Source of the DNA: Candidatus Omnitrophota bacterium
GTDB lineage: Bacteria > Omnitrophota > Gorgyraeia > Duberdicusellales > 4484-171
DNA length: 24,000 nt
Direction of reading: 5' to 3'
Assembly: GCA_023134705.1 (NCBI GenBank)
Contig: JAGLUN010000003.1
Location: forward strand, 1 to 24,000
A program made the translations under genes and the position numbers. Under the pieces are notes generated by a model. It had not been told where the DNA came from. It did no database searches and saw only the letters and a list, made by a program, of their open reading frames with translations. Of this stretch, positions 17,267 through 24,000 are shown one piece after another. The first letter of the stretch is position 1. Each line of letters begins with the position of its first letter.

Positions 17267-17309
17267 GCAGAGGAAAGTATGTCATTCCATATGATATACT
17301 TTCCTCTGC
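17267..17309. promoter_or_regulatory. 19-bp near-perfect hairpin or operator-like palindrome immediately upstream of a promoter-like TTGACA and a small ORF
   Basis: GCAGAGGAAAGTATGTCAT-tccat-ATGATATACTTTCCTCTGC (one G-T pair). TTGACA at 17323-17328 and TAATCT at 17347-17352 follow. Confidence 0.6.
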
Positions 17310-17368
17310 AGAAACAAAAGGCTTGACAAAAATAGTTTTTCATAAATAATCTTCTAAAAGGAGGTATT

Positions 17369-17536
17369 ATGGGCAAGCCTAAACAGGAAATGAAAAAAAT
17401 TCACCGGAAGAAAGTAAAAAAAGCTAAAGAAAAAGTGAAACTTTACGTAAAAAACGAAATCACTTACAGCGAATTACCTGGGCGGTCAAAGCGCTTTTTG
17501 GAAAAAAGAGAAAAACGGGGGAAGAAACCGGTTTAA
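17369..17536 (+). CDS. Small basic protein of unknown function (55 aa), not in the supplied ORF track
   Basis: ATG at 17369 preceded by a strong Shine-Dalgarno (aaaaggaggt). Translation MGKPKQEMKKIHRKKVKKAKEKVKLYVKNEITYSELPGRSKRFLEKREKRGKKPV, stop TAA. Promoter-like TTGACA-N18-TAATCT upstream. Confidence 0.6.
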   Translation: MGKPKQEMKKIHRKKVKKAKEKVKLYVKNEITYSELPGRSKRFLEKREKRGKKPV

Positions 17537-17538
17537 CT

Positions 17539-17838
17539 TTAGCCAAAATTATAGTGTTTCTTAACTTTCTTTTTTATATTCCAACGGCAGCTTAATCCTT
17601 TCGGGAACGTGGCAAAGTCTCCTTTTTTGACATTTATCTTTTCACCGTTTGATAATTCTATTTCCACGTCTCCTTCCAGAAAAAAACAAACCTCTCTTTC
17701 ATCATAATGCCAATCAAAACGACTTTCCTCCTTCTCCCATATAGGCCAGCTCTTTACATCCATCTTTTCTAATTCTTCCTGCGTAGGAATCCTTATTTCT
17801 ACCTTCACAATAATCTCACCTCCCGATTGTAAAATCAA
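17539..17838 (-). CDS. Cupin-domain protein (DUF861/Cupin_3-like)
   Basis: 99 aa; MDVKSWPIWEKEESRFDWHYDEREVCFFLEGDVEIELSNGEKINVKKGDFATFPKGLSCRWNIKKKVKKHYNFG fits the cupin_3 pattern. Confidence 0.88.
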   Translation of the reverse strand: MILQSGGEIIVKVEIRIPTQEELEKMDVKSWPIWEKEESRFDWHYDEREVCFFLEGDVEIELSNGEKINVKKGDFATFPKGLSCRWNIKKKVKKHYNFG

Positions 17839-18032
17839 TAGGAACCGGGTTTAAACCTGCCCGGTAGATTATGAAACAGCAATAAAACTCCAAAGTTCTT
17901 CCCCGTACGGAAGCATCCTTCTTTCATTCGCCGAAGGAGAATAAATTTATTTTATCACAATTTTTATAATTCATGTTATATTTTATGCGGTGATAAATAT
18001 GAGCATTGAGGGAATAAAAAGATAAGACAGGA

Positions 18033-18851
18033 TTAATGTAATTTACTAATATACTCTTTTACCTGCCGGACAGCTTCCTGATTTCCTTCACGCTGGTATA
18101 TTTCCTTAATTTTCAGAAAACTCTCTTTAGCCCTTTGCTTACGGCCTATCGATTTAAAAGCAATCCCAAGATTATTATAAAATCTCGCATCATCCGAATC
18201 CATGCTTATTGCTTTCTTATAATAATCTATGGCCTTATGCCGCTGGCCTAAAGCATAATAACTATTGCCTAATTCATTATAGCATTCAGCATCATCAGGG
18301 CTTATCTTTATCACCTGTTGGTAACAATCTATGGCCTTATACTGCTGCCCCAAAGAGGAATAAACCTGGCCAAGATTATAATGCGCTTTTGCATAAGCAG
18401 GAAATATTTCTATCGCTTTCAGGTAACTATCTATTGCTTCTTGATGGAAGCCTAAGTTATCATAAGCAATCCCGAGATTATTATATCCACCGGCAAAACC
18501 CGGATTTATTTTAATAGCTTTCCGGAATTCTTCGATTGCCTGCCGAAACTCCTTATCTCTCAGATGTTCTTTCCCCTTCCTAAAATGAAAAACAAACCAG
18601 CGGTTATCCGGCCCATCATATGCTTTTAATGGAGCCAAGTCCGTTTCTTGCTTATAAATACTTTCAATCTCGAATAAATAATAAGTCGAAGGAATCCCTC
18701 GAAAGTTTACTCTTATATAATCATCGTTTTTTTCAATTATTTCTCCCGTTATTATTTTTCCGGATTTAAGAATGATAGTTTCAGGAAACACCTGCTTTTG
18801 AACAAATAAACTCAACAAAATCATTGGCAATACAGCGATTTTTTTTCTCAT
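18033..18851 (-). CDS. Exported tetratricopeptide-repeat protein
   Basis: 272 aa; signal-like N-terminus KIAVLPMILLSLFVQKQVFP, then about 5 TPR units (e.g. AGGYNNLGIAYDNLGFHQEAIDSYLKAIEIFPAYAKAHYNLGQVYSSLGQQYKAIDCYQQVIKISPD). Confidence 0.9.
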   Translation of the reverse strand: MRKKIAVLPMILLSLFVQKQVFPETIILKSGKIITGEIIEKNDDYIRVNFRGIPSTYYLFEIESIYKQETDLAPLKAYDGPDNRWFVFHFRKGKEHLRDKEFRQAIEEFRKAIKINPGFAGGYNNLGIAYDNLGFHQEAIDSYLKAIEIFPAYAKAHYNLGQVYSSLGQQYKAIDCYQQVIKISPDDAECYNELGNSYYALGQRHKAIDYYKKAISMDSDDARFYNNLGIAFKSIGRKQRAKESFLKIKEIYQREGNQEAVRQVKEYISKLH

Positions 18852-18896
18852 AATAATTACTTTTGTTTCAAAAGGCAGGTATGCTCAAAAATATAA

Positions 18897-18970
18897 TGGC
18901 GGCGAGTGGACTTGAACCACCGACGCAACGGGTATGAGCCGTTTGCTCTACCAGCCTGAGCTACACCGCC
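18897..18970 (-). tRNA. tRNA-Met (anticodon CAT), probably elongator type
   Basis: Reverse strand: GGCGGTGTAGCTCAGGCTGGTAGAGCAAACGGCTCATACCCGTTGCGTCGGTGGTTCAAGTCCACTCGCCGCCA. Cloverleaf: GGCGGTG/CGCCGCC acceptor, AACGG-CTCATAC-CCGTT anticodon arm, GTTCAAGTC T-loop. G1-C72 pair argues against initiator fMet; Ile2 cannot be excluded. CCA not encoded. Confidence 0.95.
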
Positions 18971-19048
18971 AAAAGTATAATATCTATACCTATGTAAACG
19001 CAATGAGTATTTTACATTATCTGAAAGGACTTGTCTAAATATTTTTCT

Positions 19049-19939
19049 TTATTTATCTGAATATTCTTCAACGAAATTCCTAACTGTAGATATAAAATTG
19101 TTATCCATAAATATTGCCTCATTATGCGGACCTTTCAATACATAAAATTTCTTGGGAGGCAAAGCTTGTTCAAAAAGACCTTCTCCATGGCTAAAAGGGA
19201 CTATTTCATCATCCCGGCTATGGATAATCAACTTAGGAATCTTAACCTGTTTAATTTTGGACAAAGCATCAAATTTCACGCTTATTATCGGCTTCAACAA
19301 AAATCCGGGGATATAAGGAAACAACTCTTTCCCCATATCCAGGGCGGAAGTAAAGCTGCTATCCCCAATGAATATCCCTGTTTTTACTCTGGAAGCCAAA
19401 TCAACCGCCACATTGGCACCAAGAGATTTCCCATAGATTACTATTTCTCCAGGAGGCACTTTTTCTTCATTAACGAGGTATTTGTAACTAGCTAAAGCAT
19501 CCTCATAAAAACCTCGCTCGGAAGGCACTCCCTGACTCTCACCGTAACCGCGCCAGTCAATAATAAAAAAATTAAAGTTTGCCTCATGAAACATTTGTAT
19601 AATACCCATTCGATTACTTATATTTCCGGCATTACCATGCAAAAATAACACTGTAGCAACCGGCTTTTTTGTCTTAATAAACCAAGCATTTAATTTCACT
19701 CCGCCGGGAGTTAAAAAATAAATATCTTCGTAATTCAACCCTATTGCTTGAGGAGTAATTTCAACAGAAGAATCAGGATAATACAGCTTTCTTCTCTCGT
19801 AATACTTTACGTATAAGATAATAAAGCCGGTTAATAAAAAAAATAAAAGGATAATTTGGAGAAACATTTTTTGAATCATTATGAATTTAATTATACTTTG
19901 GTCTTGTTTATCTGTCAAACTTGTCAAAATCCAAAACAC
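19049..19939 (-). CDS. Membrane-anchored alpha/beta hydrolase
   Basis: 296 aa; N-terminal TM segment (ILLFFLLTGFIILYVKYYERR), VLFLHGNAGNISNR, DWRGYGESQG, nucleophile elbow YGKSLGANVA, IIHSRDDEIVPF, GPHNEAIF. Confidence 0.92.
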   Translation of the reverse strand: MFWILTSLTDKQDQSIIKFIMIQKMFLQIILLFFLLTGFIILYVKYYERRKLYYPDSSVEITPQAIGLNYEDIYFLTPGGVKLNAWFIKTKKPVATVLFLHGNAGNISNRMGIIQMFHEANFNFFIIDWRGYGESQGVPSERGFYEDALASYKYLVNEEKVPPGEIVIYGKSLGANVAVDLASRVKTGIFIGDSSFTSALDMGKELFPYIPGFLLKPIISVKFDALSKIKQVKIPKLIIHSRDDEIVPFSHGEGLFEQALPPKKFYVLKGPHNEAIFMDNNFISTVRNFVEEYSDK

Positions 19940-19984
19940 TAATATTCTATATTTCCCCTATAAATATGCTATAATACCTTTGCT

Positions 19985-20530
19985 ATGAAAAGAGTTATCC
20001 TCTTAATAGTCCTGTTTTCTCTCTGGGGATGCGCCTATTTTAGTTACTTCGGAAATCAATCTTTAGATATTCCTAACTTTTATAAAATCGACGACTGCCT
20101 CCTACGGGGAGGCCAACCCAAAGAAAAAGGGTTCAACTCACTAAAATCTATGGGAGTAAAAACTATAATTAGTCTAAGGGGCCAAAATGAAGAACTCCTG
20201 CGGGAAAAAGAGCTGGCCCAGAATTTAGGCATGAATTTTTATAATATCCCAATGAGCGTATACAAACAGCCCTCTAATGAGCAGATCACTGAGTTTCTGG
20301 GAATAGTTTCGGATAAAAGTAATTTACCGGTATTCGTACACTGTGAAAGCGGCAGAGACCGCACCGGAGCAATAGTTGCTTTATACCGAGTAGCAATCTA
20401 TGGCTGGGGTCCTAAAGAAGCCTATAAAGAAGCAAAGAAATTTGGATTCTGGCCATACAAAGGCGATGCTGAACTCAAAAAGTTTATTCATCAGCTGAAA
20501 GATAAACGGAAATATTTCAAAATAGAATAA
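19985..20530 (+). CDS. Dual-specificity/tyrosine phosphatase-like lipoprotein
   Basis: 181 aa; lipobox-like LFSLWGCAY; LLRGGQPKEKGFNSLKSMGVKTIISLR; catalytic HCxxGxxR motif VFVHCESGRDRTGAIVALYR. Confidence 0.9.
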   Translation: MKRVILLIVLFSLWGCAYFSYFGNQSLDIPNFYKIDDCLLRGGQPKEKGFNSLKSMGVKTIISLRGQNEELLREKELAQNLGMNFYNIPMSVYKQPSNEQITEFLGIVSDKSNLPVFVHCESGRDRTGAIVALYRVAIYGWGPKEAYKEAKKFGFWPYKGDAELKKFIHQLKDKRKYFKIE

Positions 20531-20550
20531 AAATATACGGAGAAGAAAAA

Positions 20551-20870
20551 ATTTAGACAGGATTAACTGGATAAACCGGATAAAAAAATCCTGTTAATCT
20601 AAATTGAATTAAAAGGGGACAGAGAGGGAATAAAAGGATTTTTTACCACAAAGGGCACGAAGAAAAAAAAGAAAAATAAAAAGATATTTATTTTATTAAA
20701 ATCTTCGTGTAGCTGGCGGCAAAAGCAGAGAGCCTTCGTGAACTTCGTGGTAAAATAAACCAACAGGCTGGTTTATAAAGAACAATTTTGATTAACCGGA
20801 TTAAATTAAAGAATACTCACCTTCTCACAAAATGATATAATAATCCTGTAAATCCTGTTCATCCTGTCAA
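20551..20870. repeat. Cluster of long imperfect inverted-repeat elements
   Basis: TTTTACCACAAAGGGCACGAAG (20641-20662) vs CTTCGTGAACTTCGTGGTAAAA (20734-20755). Also gacaggattaactggat...atcctgttaatc near 20557-20600 and gattaaccggatt...aatcctgtaaatcctgttcatcctgtc at 20790-20868. Confidence 0.75.
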
Positions 20871-20927
20871 AGAATAAGGGTGGTTAAACGATAAGAACAA
20901 TTAGAAATATATAAATCGGGGAATCTC

Positions 20928-21293
20928 ATGAATAAAGTAAAAAGGAATAAAGTTCTAATCACAATAGTTCTGCTCTTCTCTCTATCCTTTAACGCTTACT
21001 CCTCCTCTACCAGGCACCATATCATAAATATGGGAAAAAGTTTAACAAAGTGTGTTTTCTCGCCTTTATACGGAATATTCGTTAAAGGGCCAAAAAACAT
21101 TAAAGAAGCGTATCAATACGAAGTCTGGGGAAGAGAGAAACCCGAAAAAAAAGGACAGTTACGTTATAAGCTTTTCAGTCTATGGCGCGCGCCAGGAGAA
21201 GAAACCAAAGGCATTATAGACGGTTTAGTCGATAGTACAAAAGCCGGCGGTCAATTTTTAAAGGAATTTATTTCCATATTCTTCAGTGATTAA
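20928..21293 (+). CDS. Small exported protein of unknown function
   Basis: 121 aa; signal-like KNKVLITIVLLFSLSFNAYSSS; GKSLTKCVFSPLYGIFVKGPKNIKEAY...APGEETKGIIDGLVDSTKAGGQFLKE. Confidence 0.7.
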   Translation: MNKVKRNKVLITIVLLFSLSFNAYSSSTRHHIINMGKSLTKCVFSPLYGIFVKGPKNIKEAYQYEVWGREKPEKKGQLRYKLFSLWRAPGEETKGIIDGLVDSTKAGGQFLKEFISIFFSD

Positions 21294-21447
21294 ACTTATC
21301 CTTCCTACTATTTTTTAAAATTTACCCTTTTCCATACATAACCACTTCCGGCGGAAGGAGTTAAAGAATATTAAAACCGGGAGGCAGTAAATCCGGGCTG
21401 GAATCGGTAAATTTTATATGGTATAATTTATATAGAGGTAATATCTA

Positions 21448-21819
21448 ATGTTAAAAAAAATTTTAATTTTACTTTTCATGATTAATACGAGTGGCTTTGC
21501 TTATTCCCAGGAATACATAGAAAGCAAAGACACAAGTGAAGAATCTCATCAAAGTTCCCTTGCCGGGATAAAAGAAAAAAATCTTTTTCTAAACTGGGTT
21601 AATAGTAAGGCTTACGCAGCGGACAAAAAAATAGAGAAGGAACGATTAAGAAAAGATTGGAAAGAAATGTTAGGAATAGATGTATTTTCCCCTTACTTTA
21701 AAGCAAAAAAAGTGCAAAAGTGGGTAAAAGATAAAGCCAGAATAAAGCTCCTTAATATAGAGGGGAAACCATCATTGGACAGAAACCGGATTCAATATAA
21801 ATTCAAAATAAATTTCTGA
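21448..21819 (+). CDS. Small exported hypothetical protein
   Basis: 123 aa; signal-like MLKKILILLFMINTSGFAYSQ followed by a charged region; cannot be assigned to a family by eye. Confidence 0.65.
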   Translation: MLKKILILLFMINTSGFAYSQEYIESKDTSEESHQSSLAGIKEKNLFLNWVNSKAYAADKKIEKERLRKDWKEMLGIDVFSPYFKAKKVQKWVKDKARIKLLNIEGKPSLDRNRIQYKFKINF

Positions 21820-21847
21820 AAATCGCTAAATTCCCCGGAAATCCTTA

Positions 21848-22171
21848 TCATTTAAATATTAACCAAAGAAACACCGTTATCACTCCGCCAGAGATAATAT
21901 AAAAGTCGTTGAAATAAAAAAATTCTCTTACTCTTTCCCAAAAAGGAGAAGATTCTTTTTTAAGATTGAACCTTTTCTGAATCGTATATTTTACATTTAA
22001 AATATCACTCTTTTTAAAACGCAAAAATTCTCCTGCCACCCGGTAAAAAGGGATTTCTCCCGCTTTAGATAATTCAATTACCTCTTTCTCGGCTAAACCT
22101 AAAATTTGTGATGCTTCCCTGGTAGTAAGCAAGTTCTGTTTTCTTTTAATTAACGGTTCTCCTCTACCCAT
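21848..22171 (-). CDS. Excisionase/MerR-like HTH protein with C-terminal transmembrane segment
   Basis: 107 aa; LLTTREASQILGLAEKEVIELSKAGEIPFYRVAGEFLRFKKSDI (HTH_17-like), C-terminus FYIISGGVITVFLWLIFK. Overlaps the bactofilin gene by 22 nt. Confidence 0.8.
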   Translation of the reverse strand: MGRGEPLIKRKQNLLTTREASQILGLAEKEVIELSKAGEIPFYRVAGEFLRFKKSDILNVKYTIQKRFNLKKESSPFWERVREFFYFNDFYIISGGVITVFLWLIFK

Positions 22172-22641
22172 AATTCTACTTCTTTCTTATCAAAAGATAA
22201 ATTGCTTCCTTCTTTTCTCGCAGGGATTTTACCCGCATTTACCCATTCTATAATCTTGGATGTTTCCACAGAAAGATAGTGTGATAGTTCCGAGACAGAG
22301 AATCTTTCTTCCTGCATTTTACATTTACCGTTAAAAAACGCGCCTTCTTCAATGGAAAATTTTGGGGTCTCAACATCTCCGTAAACAGTGGCTGTAGAGG
22401 TTATGCTGAGTAAACGACTGGATTTTATGTTGCCTTTTACTAATCCGGAAATAACAATAGTTTCTCCCACGATATCGGCAGAAATCGAAGCGTTCTCACC
22501 GACAATAAGGTTCCCCTGAGTTTTTAAATGCCCTTCGAATTTCCCGTTTATTCTTAAATTTACCGGGTCAGAAAAAACCAATGTCCCCTGCATAGCTGCG
22601 TCAACATCTAAAAATTTTTCCTCTTCTTTTCGCTTAACCAT
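22150..22641 (-). CDS. Bactofilin (polymer-forming cytoskeletal protein) with C-terminal excisionase-type HTH domain
   Basis: 163 aa; GTLVFSDPVNLRINGKFEGHLKTQGNLIVGENASISADIVGETIVISGLVKGNIKSSRLLSITSTATVYGDVETPKFSIEEGAFFNGKCKM is bactofilin; FSVSELSHYLSVETSKIIEWVNAGKIPARKEGSNLSFDKKEVELWVEE is HTH_17-like. Confidence 0.85.
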   Translation of the reverse strand: MVKRKEEEKFLDVDAAMQGTLVFSDPVNLRINGKFEGHLKTQGNLIVGENASISADIVGETIVISGLVKGNIKSSRLLSITSTATVYGDVETPKFSIEEGAFFNGKCKMQEERFSVSELSHYLSVETSKIIEWVNAGKIPARKEGSNLSFDKKEVELWVEENR

Positions 22642-22678
22642 CTATCCCACCTCCTTGTTTCCGCTTTTTCAGCAAAAA

Positions 22679-23110
22679 CTATTTATTATCTAACTTTTTG
22701 TCTATTCTCTTAAGAAATGATAAAGTTAAAAATGATATAACCGTTGTTGTAACAGCCGCGACAAAAAATCCACAGCCGACAGCTAAACCTATGGCCGAAC
22801 TTATCCAGATACTCGCGGCAGTAGTAAGACCGCGTGCTCCTTCCGCGCTTCTTATGATTGTTCCCGCGCCTAAAAATCCAATTCCTGTGACCACACCCGC
22901 GGCAATTCGCGCCGGGTCTAAAGGGACTTCCCCTTTATAAAGTTCATAGATATGTAAGGAAACAAGCATAATTAAACAAGACCCCATAGAAACAAGTATA
23001 TGTGTACGGAATCCTGCGCTTCTTCTTTTTTTTTCCCTCTCTAAACCAATAATACTGCCCAGAAAAAAGGCTGTAATTAAACGCAAAACAACATTTAAGG
23101 GACTAAGCAT
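22679..23110 (-). CDS. MgtC/SapB-family membrane protein
   Basis: 143 aa; FFLGSIIGLEREKKRRSAGFRTHILVSMGSCLIML, RIAAGVVTGIGFLGAGTIIRS, GLTTAASIWISSAIGLAVGCGFF. Confidence 0.94.
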   Translation of the reverse strand: MLSPLNVVLRLITAFFLGSIIGLEREKKRRSAGFRTHILVSMGSCLIMLVSLHIYELYKGEVPLDPARIAAGVVTGIGFLGAGTIIRSAEGARGLTTAASIWISSAIGLAVGCGFFVAAVTTTVISFLTLSFLKRIDKKLDNK

Positions 23111-23111
23111 A

Positions 23112-24000
23112 TTAATTCACCTCCGCTTTCAAATGGATATTGCTTCTCAGCCTCTTCTTATTATACAGGTAAAAGGTAAGTCCTGCAACCATTGCCGCAT
23201 TATCGGTCGTATACTTCTGAGAAGGCAAAAACAGCTTTAATTTTTCATTTTTTTGTGCTTGTCTCAACAACTGCCTGAGACGGCGGTTAGCAATAACTCC
23301 TCCTCCACACACTATGTTTTTAACTTTAAACTTTTTTGCGGCATCCGTTATCCTTTCAACCAAAGTCTTCACTACACTTTCGGTAAAGGAAGAAAGAATT
23401 TTAATCTTCTCTATCCGGTCTAATTCTTTCTTTTTTTCCAACTCCATCTTTTTATAAATTACCGCTGTTTTTATCCCGCTAAAGCTGAAATCAAATCCTA
23501 CCTTTCCGCATTTAAACGGGAAACTGTCTTTAAAATCCCAAGAATAAAGTTTATCTATATAAACACCTCCCGGGTAATCCAGACCGAAAAATCTCGCTAC
23601 TTTATCAAAAGCTTCTCCACAAGCATCATCTTTAGTTGTCGCGATTGTTTTTATCCGATCAAAGTCCTTTACCAGAAATAAATCCGTATGTCCTCCTGAG
23701 GCTACTAATCCTACGAAAGGAAAAGGAATCGGCGGCTTGCTATTCAGAAACGGAGAAAAAAGATGTGCGTGAAGATGATTTATTCCTAAAAACGGCTTTC
23801 CTAAAGCTGAGCTTACAGCTTTAGCGAAATTCAACCCTACTACTAATGCTCCCAGTAACCCTGGCCGATAAGTAACGCCGATTACTTCTATATCTTTAAT
23901 ATTAACTCTTGCTTTGAATAAAGCTACCTTAAAAACTTTCTCAATGAATTTTAAATGGTTTCTCGTAGCGATTTCCGGGATAATTCCTCCATATTTCTTA
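23112..24000 (-). CDS. tsaD: tRNA N6-adenosine threonylcarbamoyltransferase, N-terminus beyond window edge
   Basis: The frame stays open from 23834 to 24000 (KKYGGIIPEIATRNHLKFIEKVFKVALFKARVNIKDIEVIGVTYRPGLLGALVVGLNFAKAV). Also NHLHAHLFSPF, GLVASGGHTDLFLV, DDACGEAFDKVARFFGLDYPGG, FKVKNIVCGGGVIANRRLR. Confidence 0.95.
   Translation of the reverse strand, partial: KKYGGIIPEIATRNHLKFIEKVFKVALFKARVNIKDIEVIGVTYRPGLLGALVVGLNFAKAVSSALGKPFLGINHLHAHLFSPFLNSKPPIPFPFVGLVASGGHTDLFLVKDFDRIKTIATTKDDACGEAFDKVARFFGLDYPGGVYIDKLYSWDFKDSFPFKCGKVGFDFSFSGIKTAVIYKKMELEKKKELDRIEKIKILSSFTESVVKTLVERITDAAKKFKVKNIVCGGGVIANRRLRQLLRQAQKNEKLKLFLPSQKYTTDNAAMVAGLTFYLYNKKRLRSNIHLKAEVN

Noticed and set aside
16845-17376. ORFs 16845..17060 (+) and 17146..17376 (-)
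   Set aside because: Translations follow repeat units (e.g. GPCEASPMGECEAYPSGYSGK from family B tandem units) and family A sequence; noncoding structured DNA is a better explanation.
18209-18514. + strand 101-aa repetitive ORF
   Set aside because: Antisense of TPR repeats; its periodicity is inherited from the TPR gene.
19124-19495. + strand 123-aa ORF
   Set aside because: Antisense to the alpha/beta hydrolase gene.
21848-22641. Prophage or integrative-element excision module, because of the two excisionase-like HTH domains
   Set aside because: No integrase, recombinase or phage genes nearby. The HTH domains are coupled to bactofilin and a TM tail among housekeeping genes (mgtC-like, tsaD).

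Overview
This 24 kb window is a compact bacterial chromosome segment. It is AT-rich, and its style resembles an uncultured candidate-phylum genome, possibly Omnitrophota-like (weak inference only). Most of it is housekeeping: def (partial), panD, ackA, pta, cheW, folE, mnmE, folC, purH, an EF-G-like GTPase, queA, a HARP-type PIN protein (RNA-free RNase P family), two CNNM/CBS membrane proteins, a cupin, a TPR protein, tRNA-Met(CAT), an alpha/beta hydrolase, a DSP-type phosphatase lipoprotein, two small exported proteins, an HTH-TM protein, a bactofilin with a C-terminal HTH, an MgtC-family protein and tsaD (partial). I see no defence island, CRISPR array or classical transposon. The main unexplained signals are: (1) a dispersed ~100 bp element (family A) with three near-full copies and two fragments, complementary ends and internal hairpins, one copy lying in a long predicted 5' leader of cheW; (2) FolC enlarged to 569 aa by about 33 aa and 109 aa in-frame insertions, the larger made of palindromic repeat-like DNA that also occurs in an intergenic region; (3) a bactofilin fused to an excisionase-type HTH, overlapping a gene for a second HTH protein with a C-terminal membrane segment; (4) a ~500 nt hairpin-dense intergenic region ending in a 19-bp hairpin just upstream of an unannotated 55-aa basic ORF; (5) heptad-repeat palindromic DNA at convergent gene junctions; (6) a HARP-like RNase P candidate. 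All functional interpretations need database searches or experiments.
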